NCBI GenBank assembly: GCA_963975985.1 | Contig: CAXBIY010000001.1 | Coordinates: 179,020-243,019, forward strand | From: an uncultured Gammaproteobacteria bacterium | GTDB lineage: Bacteria > Pseudomonadota > Gammaproteobacteria > JABDGN01 | Length of the DNA stretch: 64,000 bases | Direction of reading: 5' to 3' | Shown: positions 32,022 to 42,083 of the stretch, piece after piece | Numbering within the stretch: the stretch's first letter is position 1 | Layout of the letters: each line of letters starts with the position of its first letter | Program-made: the position numbers and the translations under genes | The notes under the pieces: generated by a model | The model's input: the letters and a program-made list of their open reading frames with translations, nothing else | Database searches by the model: none | Told to the model about the DNA's origin: nothing

Positions 32022-33839
32022 ATGTGTGGAATCGTCGGTGCAGTTGCACAGCGCAACGTTGAGAAAATTTTAGTAACAGGTTTACATCGTCTAGAGTATC
32101 GCGGTTATGATTCTGCGGGCGTGGCATTATTAAGTGACGAGGGTGACTTACAGCGTGCGCGCGCTAAAGGCAAAGTCAGTGATTTAGAAGCGCAAATAGA
32201 GAAAAGCCCCGTCCATGGTCACACGGGTATTGCCCATACGCGTTGGGCCACGCATGGTGAACCGAGTGAAGCTAATGCGCACCCCCATATGTCGGGTAGT
32301 TTTGCTATTGTGCATAATGGCATTATTGAGAATTACGAAAGTCTGCGTGAGCAATTAACCAAAGCCGGTTTTACCTTTAGTTCTGAAACAGATACAGAAG
32401 TTATCGTACATTTACTCGCGCATGAGTTTAAGCGCAGTAATGATTTTATGGCTGCCGTAAAAGCGACGATTGCACAGTTACGCGGTGCTTATGCGCTAGG
32501 TATTATCTATCAAGCTGAACCGGGTCGTTTAATTGCCGTGCGTCAAGGCAGTCCGTTAGTGATTGGCCTAGGTATCGATGAAAACTTTATCGCGTCAGAT
32601 CAACTAGCGTTATTACCAGTGACGCAACAGTTTATTTACCTTGACGAAGGTGACATTGCTGATATGCGGTTTGATCATATCGACATTGTTGATGCCGCTG
32701 GAAAAGCTGTCGAGCGAGCTATTCATGAATCAAATTTGCAACATGAAACGACAACTAAAGGCAAATACCGTCACTACATGTTGAAAGAGATTTACGAGCA
32801 ACCACGTTCAATCAGCGACACCTTAGAAGGCCGTCTTAGTGGCGATCATATTTTAGAAAATTTATTAGGCACAAAAGCGACTGATATCTTGAAGAAAGCC
32901 GAGCGTTTACAGTTCGTTGCCTGTGGTACGAGTTATCATGCCGCATTAGTCGGGCGTTATTGGTTGGAATCGATTGCCCGCATGCCTTGCCGCGTCGAGT
33001 TGGCCAGTGAAATTCGTTATCGTAATGCAGTGGTGCAACCTAACACTGTTTTTGTCAGCTTGTCGCAATCGGGTGAAACGGCGGATACGTTAGCAGCATT
33101 ACGTGATGGCAAAGATTATATTGGTAGCATGACGATTTGTAATGTGCCTGAAAGTTCATTAGTGCGCGAGTCGGATTTTGCTTTGATGACACATGCAGGC
33201 CCTGAAATTGGTGTGGCATCAACCAAAGCTTTCACCACGCAATTAACAGCACTGCTGTTATTAACCGGTTTATTAGCGAAACGGTTACCGAGTTTTGACG
33301 AAAAAGCATTCGTTGAACAATTGCGTCGCTTGCCTGATATGATCATTCAAGTGTTGAAGCTGGATGGCGAAATCAAAGCCTTATCCAAACGTTTTGCTGA
33401 TAAGCATCACACCTTATTCTTAGGACGTGGTGCGCAATCACCCATCGCGATGGAAGGTGCGTTAAAGTTAAAAGAAATATCGTATATTCATGCGGAAGCT
33501 TATGCGGCTGGTGAATTAAAGCATGGCCCATTAGCCTTGGTTGATGAACATATGCCAGTGGTTGCCGTTGCACCGAACGATCAATTGTTAGAAAAACTGA
33601 AATCTAACTTACAAGAAGTACGCGCACGCGGTGGTGAGTTGATAGTGTTTGCTGACGAAACCAGTCAAATGGAAGCCTCCGACGGTGTCACCATTATTAA
33701 CATGCCGCATGTTGATTCTATTATTGCGCCGATAGTGTATACCTTACCATTGCAGTTATTGGCTTACCACGTAGCCGTATTAAAAGGCACGGATGTCGAT
33801 CAACCACGTAACTTAGCGAAATCGGTGACAGTCGAATGA
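32022..33839 (+). CDS. glmS: Glutamine--fructose-6-phosphate aminotransferase
   Basis: MCGIVG N-terminal nucleophile; two SIS domains; 605 aa. Confidence 0.95.
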   Translation: MCGIVGAVAQRNVEKILVTGLHRLEYRGYDSAGVALLSDEGDLQRARAKGKVSDLEAQIEKSPVHGHTGIAHTRWATHGEPSEANAHPHMSGSFAIVHNGIIENYESLREQLTKAGFTFSSETDTEVIVHLLAHEFKRSNDFMAAVKATIAQLRGAYALGIIYQAEPGRLIAVRQGSPLVIGLGIDENFIASDQLALLPVTQQFIYLDEGDIADMRFDHIDIVDAAGKAVERAIHESNLQHETTTKGKYRHYMLKEIYEQPRSISDTLEGRLSGDHILENLLGTKATDILKKAERLQFVACGTSYHAALVGRYWLESIARMPCRVELASEIRYRNAVVQPNTVFVSLSQSGETADTLAALRDGKDYIGSMTICNVPESSLVRESDFALMTHAGPEIGVASTKAFTTQLTALLLLTGLLAKRLPSFDEKAFVEQLRRLPDMIIQVLKLDGEIKALSKRFADKHHTLFLGRGAQSPIAMEGALKLKEISYIHAEAYAAGELKHGPLALVDEHMPVVAVAPNDQLLEKLKSNLQEVRARGGELIVFADETSQMEASDGVTIINMPHVDSIIAPIVYTLPLQLLAYHVAVLKGTDVDQPRNLAKSVTVE

Positions 33840-34369
33840 TAGTATTATGTATTGATTTAGATGGTACGTTAGTTCGTACCGATACCGCACGTGATGCAGC
33901 GATACAAATGTTTAAACGCAATCCGCTTTTAGTGTTCTTATTTCCGTTTTGGTTATTAGGTGGCTTGGCTGCAATGAAGCGTCAAATCGCTAAACGTGTC
34001 ACTATCGATCCCAGCCAATTGCCTTATAATAAAGCTTTGGTTGAATGGATTAAAGATGAAAAAGCCAAAGGCCGAAAAGTCGTATTAGTGACCGCGACGG
34101 ATCAAGCTTTCGCTCAAACCGTAGCCGATCACGTTGGCTTGTTTGATGAAGTGATGGCCAGCGATGGAAAAACCAATTTACGCGCTGCCAATAAACGCGA
34201 AGCGTTAACCAAACGTTTTGGTGTAAAGCAATATGATTACGCGGGTAACGACACGCCAGACTTAGCCGTATGGGAAGGTGTGAATAAAGCGATTGTGGTT
34301 AATCCCAGCAAGCCGAGTTTAATCGACCGTTGTCGACGCATTGCTGAAATCGATCGTATTTTCCCATGA
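33836..34369 (+). CDS. HAD-superfamily hydrolase
   Basis: IDLDGTLV motif I; 4-bp overlap with glmS; one hydrophobic segment. Confidence 0.6.
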   Translation: MIVLCIDLDGTLVRTDTARDAAIQMFKRNPLLVFLFPFWLLGGLAAMKRQIAKRVTIDPSQLPYNKALVEWIKDEKAKGRKVVLVTATDQAFAQTVADHVGLFDEVMASDGKTNLRAANKREALTKRFGVKQYDYAGNDTPDLAVWEGVNKAIVVNPSKPSLIDRCRRIAEIDRIFP

Positions 34370-35031
34370 CGTGGCAATTGCATTCCACCGAACAACGCTT
34401 AGAATTGACGCATCCCGAACATAACCCTTTTTATTTAGACTTCAGTGAAGGCAAACTCGCCCATCGCTTTCAACAAGGCATTGGTAAAAGTGAGCCATTA
34501 GCCAAAGCCATTGGTGTTAAAAAGAATAATATCCCAACGGTGTTGGATGTCACGGCAGGCATGGGGCGTGATGCGTTTGTCATCGCGTGTTGCGGTTGCC
34601 AAGTGACATTGTTAGAACGATCCTCTGTGTTAGTGTCATTGCTACAAGATGCAATGCAACGTGCACGTCAAGATGAAAATTTAACACCCATCATCGAACG
34701 GATGCAATTAATTGAAGCCGATAGCATTCAATATTTAAATCAACTCACTGAAAAACCAGACGTGATTTATTTAGACCCGATGTATCCCGATCGTAAAAAA
34801 TCCGCATTGGTGAAAAAAGAAATGCGTATCATTCGCGAATTAGTGGGTAATGATCAAGATGTTGAAAGCTTGTTTAATGCAGCATTAGAAAAAGCCGAAA
34901 AACGCGTAGTCGTTAAACGCCCTAAACTAGCGGGTTTTATTGGTGATAAAGAACCTACACACCAAATTACAGGCAAAACTACGCGGTTTGATGTGTATCT
35001 TATCCCTTCTCCCCGCGAGGGGTGTTGTTGA
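34366..35031 (+). CDS. rsmJ: 16S rRNA m2G1516 methyltransferase RsmJ
   Basis: DVTAGMGRDAFV, VIYLDPMYP, KSALVKKEMR and KRVVVKRP collinear with E. coli RsmJ; the last ~8 codons are encoded by a family-3 repeat. Confidence 0.8.
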   Translation: MTWQLHSTEQRLELTHPEHNPFYLDFSEGKLAHRFQQGIGKSEPLAKAIGVKKNNIPTVLDVTAGMGRDAFVIACCGCQVTLLERSSVLVSLLQDAMQRARQDENLTPIIERMQLIEADSIQYLNQLTEKPDVIYLDPMYPDRKKSALVKKEMRIIRELVGNDQDVESLFNAALEKAEKRVVVKRPKLAGFIGDKEPTHQITGKTTRFDVYLIPSPREGCC

Positions 35032-35153
35032 ATAATTCCCCTGTAGGGTGGATAAAAGTGTGAGCGACAGCGAATACATATCCACCAGGGCTCTATGGTT
35101 AACCACTGCTGGTGGATATATCCGCACTTCGTGCGAATTTTTATCCACCCTAC
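35005..35153. repeat. Composite: family-3 hairpin (CTTCTCCCCGCGAGGGG) followed by a full family-2 MITE (35043-35153)
   Basis: Same arrangement as at 44858-44992. Confidence 0.75.
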
Positions 35154-35192
35154 TTAATATTCAACAACACCCCTCACGGGCAGAAGAAGTCA

Positions 35193-35558
35193 TTACATAA
35201 CAGGCAAGCCTGCAGCAACCCAACCCTTAAACCCACCATCCATCGAGATCACATTCGTGTAACCCATAACTTGTAAATTCATCGCCGCTAATGCCGAGCG
35301 ATAACCGCCACCGCAATATAAAATCAAGGTGGTATCCGTCTCCGGCACCATACGTTCAATATCACGCTCAATCACGCCTTTGCCCAGATGTATAGCGTCC
35401 GGCAGATGCCCACTTGCCCACTCACTCTCTTCACGCGTATCGATGAGAATAATATCTTTATCATTATCAAGCAGTTGCTTAGCTTGTTCGATATCGACTT
35501 CTTTGATGTGTTCTTTAGCTTTATTCACTAGGGTTAAAAAACGACTGGCATGTTGCAT
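35193..35558 (-). CDS. Single-domain rhodanese (sulfurtransferase)
   Basis: Active-site loop YCGGGYRS; start chosen at MQHASRF. Confidence 0.7.
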   Translation of the reverse strand: MQHASRFLTLVNKAKEHIKEVDIEQAKQLLDNDKDIILIDTREESEWASGHLPDAIHLGKGVIERDIERMVPETDTTLILYCGGGYRSALAAMNLQVMGYTNVISMDGGFKGWVAAGLPVM

Positions 35559-35651
35559 GTTGATTTCCTTCAAATTAAATGGTGTTATCATTATAGCCTT
35601 GAATAAGTACAATGCCATCTCCACATAGCAATAAATAACCTTGAGAAGCCC

Positions 35652-36923
35652 ATGTCCGAAATGCTACAAGTGCCTTGCCTCACCACCGCTTTAACCGGCC
35701 CACTGCAAACCTTAGAAAAAGTTTTTTTAGACAACCAATGTGAAATTGAAACCTGGTTGCGTGAACAGTTCCGCAAAACACCCGCGCCAATTTATGGTTC
35801 AGTCGATTTACGTAATGCGGGTTTCAAACTCGCACCCGTCGACACGAATTTATTCCCTGCTGGCTTTAACAATTTAAACCCCGAGTTTTTACCTTTGTGT
35901 GTGCAAGCGGCGCAACAAATTGTCGATAGTCAATTGCCCGGCGCAAGTAAAATAGTCTTGGTGCCTGAAAATCATACGCGTAATCACTTTTATTTAGACA
36001 GTGTTGCAGTGTTACAACAAATTTTCACCATGGCCGGTTTTGATGTGCGCATAGGGTCAATGTTAGCCGACCTCACCGAGGCGCAAACCTTTGAATTACC
36101 ATCAGGCAAATCGATTGTGCTAGAACCCTTGCAGCGTGATGGTGATAGCGTGAAGTTGAATGATTTTGTGCCCGATTTAGTGCTTTTGAATAATGACCTA
36201 TCAGGTGACCAACCGGTTATCTTGCAAAACCTTAAGCAACCCATTATGCCGCCGCTTTCATTGGGCTGGTCAACGCGTTTGAAGTCCGAGCATTTTTCTT
36301 ATTACTTTAATGTGGCGGCAGAATTTTGTGAATTGTTTGATATTGATCCTTGGTTGTTAACACCCTTGCATCGTAATTGCGGCAAAATTAATTATATGGA
36401 ACGCGAAGGGGAAGATTGTCTTTATGCCAATTCAACAAAACTCTTCGCTGCCATGAAAGAAAAATACGTTCAATACGGCATTACTGAAAAACCCTTTATT
36501 ATTGTCAAAGCCGATGCTGGTAGTTACGGCATGGGTATCATGACAGCCACTAGTCCGGATGACTTAGTGAATCTAAATCGCAAACAGCGCACTAAAATGT
36601 CGACCACCAAAGGTGGCGAAGGTGTGAGCCGTGTGATTTTGCAAGAAGGCGTTTATACGTTTGAAACGTGGGGTGATGAACAGTCCGTCGCCGAGCCAGT
36701 TGTGTATATGATTGGCCAACATGTTGTCGGTGGTTTTTACCGTGTGCACGGTAAAAGAGGTGTCACTGAAAATTTAAACGCGCCGGGTGCGCATTTTGAA
36801 CCATTGGCTTTTATGAAACCGTGTAACGTGCCAGGTGAGCCTTGTGAAAATCGATTTTATGCCTATGGTGTGGTGGCAAGGTTGGCGTTAGTAGCAGCAG
36901 CTCGTGAATTGGCTGCTAGCTAG
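35652..36923 (+). CDS. gshA: Putative glutamate--cysteine ligase of the rare Acidithiobacillus ferrooxidans type
   Basis: 423 aa, no similarity to E. coli GshA; immediately upstream of gshB. Confidence 0.45.
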   Translation: MSEMLQVPCLTTALTGPLQTLEKVFLDNQCEIETWLREQFRKTPAPIYGSVDLRNAGFKLAPVDTNLFPAGFNNLNPEFLPLCVQAAQQIVDSQLPGASKIVLVPENHTRNHFYLDSVAVLQQIFTMAGFDVRIGSMLADLTEAQTFELPSGKSIVLEPLQRDGDSVKLNDFVPDLVLLNNDLSGDQPVILQNLKQPIMPPLSLGWSTRLKSEHFSYYFNVAAEFCELFDIDPWLLTPLHRNCGKINYMEREGEDCLYANSTKLFAAMKEKYVQYGITEKPFIIVKADAGSYGMGIMTATSPDDLVNLNRKQRTKMSTTKGGEGVSRVILQEGVYTFETWGDEQSVAEPVVYMIGQHVVGGFYRVHGKRGVTENLNAPGAHFEPLAFMKPCNVPGEPCENRFYAYGVVARLALVAAARELAAS

Positions 36924-36960
36924 CGGAATCCTCGCTATGCGCGAATAATGATTTAAATCA

Positions 36961-37030
36961 CCCCTCATCTGCCCAAGGGCATCTTCTCCCCGCGAGGGGA
37001 GAAGGTGGCCCGCAGGGTCGGATGAGGGGG
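36961..37030. repeat. Family-3 palindromic element (CCCCTCATC ... CTCCCCGCGAGGGGAG ... GGCCCGCAGGGTCGGATGAGGGG)
   Basis: Terminal 9-10-bp inverted repeat plus internal hairpin. Confidence 0.7.
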
Positions 37031-37081
37031 GATCAAATAGCGCTGGCGCAGCCATCAACAAATTAAAAGATAGGAAAAATT

Positions 37082-38017
37082 ATGAAACTCGGCATCATCA
37101 TGGACCCCATCGAAGCCATCGACCCCACTCACGACACCAGCTTCACCATGCTACTCGAGGCCCAACAACGCGATTGGCAAATCCACTACCTTCAGCAACA
37201 AGATTTATTCTGGCTCGACGGTAAAGCCTACGCCAATAGCACGCGAATCACTGTCGAGGATAGTGACAACTATTACACTCCCCACGAACAACAGACCATT
37301 GAGCTGAGTGACCTCGACATCATCTTAATGCGCAAAGATCCCCCCGTCGATATCCCTTACATCTATACCACTTATTTCCTAGACCACGCTAAAGCCAATG
37401 GCAGCTTAGTGGTGAATGATCCTGAAGCATTACGTAACACCAATGAAAAGTTCATCATCACGCATTTCCCGCAATGTTGCGCGCCCACCTTAATCGCAAC
37501 CGATAGCAAAACCATTCAATCCTTTTTTGCAGAGCATCAAGATATCATTGTGAAACCATTAGACGGCATGGCGGGTCGCGATGTTTTCCGCGTGCAAGAC
37601 GAAACCACCTTATTAGAAAAAATCGATTACCTAACCCAACAACAAACCTTGCCGTTAATGGCGCAATGTTATCTCCCCGAAATAGCGCAAGGCGATAAGC
37701 GCATCATTATGATCAACGGCGAGCCCATCATGCACGCCTTAGCGCGTTTTCCGGCTGAAGGCAGTGTGCGTGCCAACTTAGCCGCCGGCGGCCGCGGTGA
37801 AGTGATGCCATTAACCGAACGTGAACAATGGATTTGCCAACAAGTCGGCCCGTACTTAAAAGCTAATGGCATCCTCTTTGCTGGGTTAGATGTCATTGGT
37901 GATTATTTAACCGAAATCAATGTCACCAGCCCTACCTGTGTGCGAGAAATCGAAGCCGATGCTGATGAAAAAATAACTCAAACGTTTTTCGATACCCTAG
38001 TTAAAAAATTAAGCTAA
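37082..38017 (+). CDS. gshB: Glutathione synthetase
   Basis: MKLGIIMDPI, ILMRKDPP, KPLDGMAG, GDKRI and TEINVTSPTC collinear with E. coli GshB. Confidence 0.92.
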   Translation: MKLGIIMDPIEAIDPTHDTSFTMLLEAQQRDWQIHYLQQQDLFWLDGKAYANSTRITVEDSDNYYTPHEQQTIELSDLDIILMRKDPPVDIPYIYTTYFLDHAKANGSLVVNDPEALRNTNEKFIITHFPQCCAPTLIATDSKTIQSFFAEHQDIIVKPLDGMAGRDVFRVQDETTLLEKIDYLTQQQTLPLMAQCYLPEIAQGDKRIIMINGEPIMHALARFPAEGSVRANLAAGGRGEVMPLTEREQWICQQVGPYLKANGILFAGLDVIGDYLTEINVTSPTCVREIEADADEKITQTFFDTLVKKLS

Positions 38018-38145
38018 GCACAGCTTTTGTGCAATCTGCTCAATTTGTTTTACATGTGTAATTTTTCTGATAATCTAACCGCAGTTTATTGCATCGAGAG
38101 ATGATGCGATACAATCTTTAGGTATTAACTATTAAGGAGAGTGAG

Positions 38146-38763
38146 ATGAAAAAAACAATGATTGCAGCCGCTGTCGCAACAGCAATGATAATGGGTGGTA
38201 CAGCCATCGCTGCGCCGAAAGTGTCAAGCACTAGCGAATTGCATTGGTATGCAGGTCTTGGTGCCGGTTATTCTTACGTGCAAGATAAGCAATCTCATAC
38301 AATGGATGGCTCACATTATGAAGGCATTCCCGGTGGGCTCGCAGGTAATGTATTTGCCGGCTACAACTTTAACCAGTATATCGGCATGGAAGTCAGTTAT
38401 GATGATATAGCTAACACCTCAACCTATGTAGCCGATGGCGATGGCACATTAGCGGGTGGCACTAAATATAATGGCATCGGTTTTGGATTGGTGGGTAACA
38501 CACCTGCACTACACGGCATGCGCCTTTTCGTCAAACTGGGCGGTGAATATTTGCACGGTAGATCGTTCGACATGAATGCAACAACCAACAGTGTAGGCCT
38601 AGCCTACGGCGCGGGTATGAGTTATAACATTACTCAGCATCTCATCGCACGTGGAGAATGGAAGCAAGTGTTGCAGCAAAAAAATGTGTCAACCAACATA
38701 GATACAACAGTGACAGTTCCACAAATGAATCTATTTTTAGCTCAATTGGCTTATTCATTCTAA
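38146..38763 (+). CDS. Small outer-membrane beta-barrel protein (OmpA-N/Opa-like), paralog 1
   Basis: Signal peptide, alternating amphipathic strands, C-terminal LAYSF. Confidence 0.7.
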   Translation: MKKTMIAAAVATAMIMGGTAIAAPKVSSTSELHWYAGLGAGYSYVQDKQSHTMDGSHYEGIPGGLAGNVFAGYNFNQYIGMEVSYDDIANTSTYVADGDGTLAGGTKYNGIGFGLVGNTPALHGMRLFVKLGGEYLHGRSFDMNATTNSVGLAYGAGMSYNITQHLIARGEWKQVLQQKNVSTNIDTTVTVPQMNLFLAQLAYSF

Positions 38764-38795
38764 TTGATGTCCTGCTACGGTTTTACGTGCACAAC

Positions 38796-38883
38796 CCATG
38801 GGGGGGTGCACGTGAAATCGAAGCCGGTTCTGATGAAAAAATAATCAAAATAGTCTTTGATGCCCTAGTTAAAAAATCAACCT
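38796..38883 (+). repeat. Duplicated copy of the gshB 3' end (REIEAGSDEKIIKIVFDALVKK vs gshB REIEADADEKITQTFFDTLVKK), left by a segmental duplication
   Basis: Nucleotide collinearity with 37940-38017; followed by a duplicated intergenic leader and an OMP gene. Confidence 0.7.
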
Positions 38884-39014
38884 AAACATATATTGCTTAC
38901 AAATTAACCAGACTATTCCACATACGTTATTTTTATGATAATCTAATCTCGCTTCGTTGCACCCAGGAGACGGTGCGATGAAATATCGAAATATTAATCT
39001 TAAAGGAGAGAGAG

Positions 39015-39740
39015 ATGAAAAAGACAATTATTGCAGCAGCTGTAGCAACAGCAATGGTAATGGGTGGCACGGCAATCGCTGCGCCGAAGGCAATGGCATC
39101 TGGTTCGTCATTTACAAAAGGTAATGGCTGGTTTGTCGGTGTGGGTGCAGGTTATTCTAATGTGCAGTCAGGCGTGACAAAAGTAGCGGCTAGTGATATC
39201 GGTGGCGCTTTTAGTGCTAACCAAGTTCAAGGCGGCTTAGCAGGTTCAATATTTGGTGGTTACATGATCAACAAATATTTAGGTTTTGAAATGAGCTATG
39301 ATCGTTTTGCTAATACAACGCAAGCTTCAAGTGACACTATGATAACTTCTGATGGCCCTGTTACAACGCTTGAGGGTGTGTCAACTAGCATGCAAGGCAT
39401 TGGATTTGGTTTGGTCGGCTATACACCAGCATTTCACGGCCTAAGTGGCTTTGTTAAAGTTGGTGGCGAATATTTGCATTCTGATAACACGCTTGGTGGT
39501 GTTTCTGGTGATGCGACGGTGGGCGGCTATAGTGCCTTTACGACAGATTCTGTTGCTTTCACTTACGGTCTGGGTGTTAACTATGCGTTTACTGAGCATT
39601 TATCAGCCCAAGCTGAATGGAAACAAATTCTGCAACAAAGCGGTGTGAAAACAAGTTTCGAAAATTCTGAGGGTCAGGCATTGTCTGGTACTATCCCACA
39701 AATGAACTTGTTCACAGCTAATTTAGTTTACAAATTCTAA
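39015..39740 (+). CDS. Small outer-membrane beta-barrel protein, paralog 2
   Basis: N-terminal 25 aa nearly identical to paralog 1; C-terminal LVYKF. Confidence 0.7.
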   Translation: MKKTIIAAAVATAMVMGGTAIAAPKAMASGSSFTKGNGWFVGVGAGYSNVQSGVTKVAASDIGGAFSANQVQGGLAGSIFGGYMINKYLGFEMSYDRFANTTQASSDTMITSDGPVTTLEGVSTSMQGIGFGLVGYTPAFHGLSGFVKVGGEYLHSDNTLGGVSGDATVGGYSAFTTDSVAFTYGLGVNYAFTEHLSAQAEWKQILQQSGVKTSFENSEGQALSGTIPQMNLFTANLVYKF

Positions 39741-39759
39741 GTCAAGTTGTTCAAACAAA

Positions 39760-39790
39760 AAAGCGGGTTTTTAACCCGCTTTTTTTATAA
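39760..39790 (+). terminator. Rho-independent terminator AAAAAGCGGGTTTTTAACCCGCTTTTTTT
   Basis: Perfect stem GCGGGTT/AACCCGC followed by a T-run. Confidence 0.8.
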
Positions 39791-39856
39791 CTTGCAACTG
39801 AGCCCTAACCTTTATATCATTCCCCTATCCTATAACGCACGCACAGAGAGAACCTC

Positions 39857-40510
39857 ATGAAACGCATTCTTCCCTTGATTTTGGCTTGTTCAATCGCTAG
39901 CACAGCATTGGCGGCGGATGATAACTATAGCGCGCCGGCTAGCAATAATCCCGATCAGAGCCAAGCGCAAGACCAGTCGCAGATGCAAGCGCCTAATCAG
40001 CCAGATGAAAATGTGGCCTTGCAAAATCAGCTATCGAAAATTCATGCCGAAGCGAATTTGGGTTGGAGTGCCACGCATTTTCATGGTCTCAATAACAATG
40101 GGTTATTTGGCGGTGGTGTATCAGCGGGTTATGACTTGTTGCCTAACTTAGCGTTTGATGTCGGCTACCTAGGCCAAAAAGATGCGACCAATCGAGAAGG
40201 CGGCGTTATCAGTGAAAGCGCGATTAACATGTTATTGGTGGGTAGTACGCATTTAGTGGATCACTTCTCCGTGTTTTTCAAAATGGGTAGCAGCTATATG
40301 TTAGCCACCTTCAAACAGCCCGCCATCGATACGCAAAAAATGCACCAATGGGTCTTTTCCTACGGCATGGGCTTAACTTATGATTTCACCGGACATTTCT
40401 ATGGGAATTTCCAATGGTTCCACACCCAAGGTAAAGCCGGTAGCTTTGCCAATGGCCGCGGTATCCCCAAATCTGATTTCTATGGCTTGGGCCTTGGCGC
40501 AAGATTGTAA
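39857..40510 (+). CDS. Outer-membrane beta-barrel protein with Q/N-rich region, paralog 3
   Basis: Signal peptide; same beta-strand pattern; ends GLGARL. Confidence 0.55.
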   Translation: MKRILPLILACSIASTALAADDNYSAPASNNPDQSQAQDQSQMQAPNQPDENVALQNQLSKIHAEANLGWSATHFHGLNNNGLFGGGVSAGYDLLPNLAFDVGYLGQKDATNREGGVISESAINMLLVGSTHLVDHFSVFFKMGSSYMLATFKQPAIDTQKMHQWVFSYGMGLTYDFTGHFYGNFQWFHTQGKAGSFANGRGIPKSDFYGLGLGARL

Positions 40511-40516
40511 CCTAAA

Positions 40517-40575
40517 GTAGGGTGGATAAAAGTTCGCGCGAAGCGCGGATAGTTCCACCAGCAGTAGCGGGTGAT
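40517..40575. repeat. Partial family-2 MITE (GTAGGGTGGATAAAAGTTCGCGCGAAGCGCGGATAGTTCCACCAGCAGTAGCGGGTGATGG)
   Basis: Left half of the element seen at 44884. Confidence 0.6.
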
Positions 40576-40624
40576 GGTAAGTAGGTCATACTCAGCCATC
40601 AACCATTTTATTGAGAGACAACAC

Positions 40625-41290
40625 ATGTTAAAAAAGATCACCTTAATTTCGTGCTTAACGGTTTTAACCGCAACAGCCTTAGCTGATACCGCACCAACCT
40701 ATGCGGGCGACGATGGCATCAGCGGTTATTATGTTGGCCTCAGCGCCGGTTATGCGCTCAACCATTTCTCATCTGACAATAGCTTTTTTGGTAACAACAA
40801 TTTGTGGCAAGCTCACAACCAACACGACGGTGGTTTCACTGGCCGTTTGTCCGGTGGTTATAATTTCAATGAATACTTCGGCGTCGAAGTCGCTTATGAT
40901 TATTTGCCCAGTTCCAAAGCGACATTAAGCAATGGCCACGGCAGCTCAAGCGTAAGCAGTTATGATTTAGATGCCATGTTAGTCGGTCGCGTGCCTTTCG
41001 TGAATAATTTCGATTTTTTTGTGAAAGCCGGCATGGCGTATATCTCATCAGAAATTGATTCAACCGATTACGCAAAGTCCTATGCTCAAATTTACCGACC
41101 TGCGTTTGCTATCGGTTGGGATTACCGCATCAATACAAGCTTCATGGTGAATGTGCAATGGCTCCATACCTTAGGTGATGGCAATGCCTACAATGGCGGT
41201 GCGCAACAAGGCCAAGTCACCAATGGTGGATCGTTTACGAAAATACCGCCGTTTGATACATTTACGGGTGGCGTGGTTTATCGGTTTTAG
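40625..41290 (+). CDS. Small outer-membrane beta-barrel protein, paralog 4
   Basis: Start chosen at MLKKITLIS (signal peptide); C-terminal VVYRF. Confidence 0.65.
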   Translation: MLKKITLISCLTVLTATALADTAPTYAGDDGISGYYVGLSAGYALNHFSSDNSFFGNNNLWQAHNQHDGGFTGRLSGGYNFNEYFGVEVAYDYLPSSKATLSNGHGSSSVSSYDLDAMLVGRVPFVNNFDFFVKAGMAYISSEIDSTDYAKSYAQIYRPAFAIGWDYRINTSFMVNVQWLHTLGDGNAYNGGAQQGQVTNGGSFTKIPPFDTFTGGVVYRF

Positions 41291-41408
41291 TTAGAGTTTA
41301 GCGCATGGCACGTAGGTTAGCGTAATTGCTGTTGTCGCAGCGATGTTTTTTCAATAGTATTTTTCAGATTACTCACTATACTTTTCGGTAGTCATTCAGG
41401 ATAATAAT

Positions 41409-42044
41409 ATGAGCTATCAGTCGCTTGTACCTCAGTTAAAAAATTTCTATGTTGCGCCATCAGTTTCGTCACAACACATAAGCGCTGTGTATTTGATTGA
41501 CTACGCTGCTGGAAAACTTTTCTATGCCGCGTGGCAATTTGGGCGTCAGCGTCAGGTGATTTCCTCAATATCTTCTGCGACAACATTAGCGGGAATGGCG
41601 CATGATAGCTTGCCATCACTAGAGAGTGGTCGTTACCTTCAACTAGTGCAGGTAAATTATGCAGGTAGTGCGACAGACTTAGATCTAAGAACGTATGTCT
41701 ATAATGAGCTTATAAACGATATAAAAACAGACTTTTGCAACATAAATTTTTTTGTAGGGGGCCACAGAGGGGTTGCAAAGGCGATTTGGCAGTCGTGTCA
41801 GGCATTGGCGACGTACCCTATTAAGCAACAATTACCACAAGTGGTCATTGAACAAGCCGTTTCAAAAATGGACGAATGTTTTGGCGCAGTGTCATGTTGC
41901 TTTCCACCTTTGCGTAGTGTCCAGCATTTTTTTCATCAACAATATTATCGTTCCGGTGCTGAGTTACATCATGCAAATGATTATGCCACGGCAAGAGCAT
42001 TATTTATGCGTTATTTATTCGAGCAGTCACGGTGTTTTAGCTGA
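41409..42044 (+). CDS. Hypothetical protein, 211 aa, no recognisable domain
   Basis: Long ORF with reasonable codon usage; flanked by heptamer repeats. Confidence 0.4.
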   Translation: MSYQSLVPQLKNFYVAPSVSSQHISAVYLIDYAAGKLFYAAWQFGRQRQVISSISSATTLAGMAHDSLPSLESGRYLQLVQVNYAGSATDLDLRTYVYNELINDIKTDFCNINFFVGGHRGVAKAIWQSCQALATYPIKQQLPQVVIEQAVSKMDECFGAVSCCFPPLRSVQHFFHQQYYRSGAELHHANDYATARALFMRYLFEQSRCFS

Positions 42045-42062
42045 TAATAGTGACTTAAGCTA

Positions 42063-42083
42063 TTTGCCCTAAGCCCTAAGCCC
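42063..42083. repeat. Heptamer repeats CCCTAAGCCCTAAGCCCTCA
   Basis: Inverse of CTTAGGGGGTAGGGCTTAGG at 42860-42890 on the other side of fpr. Confidence 0.6.
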
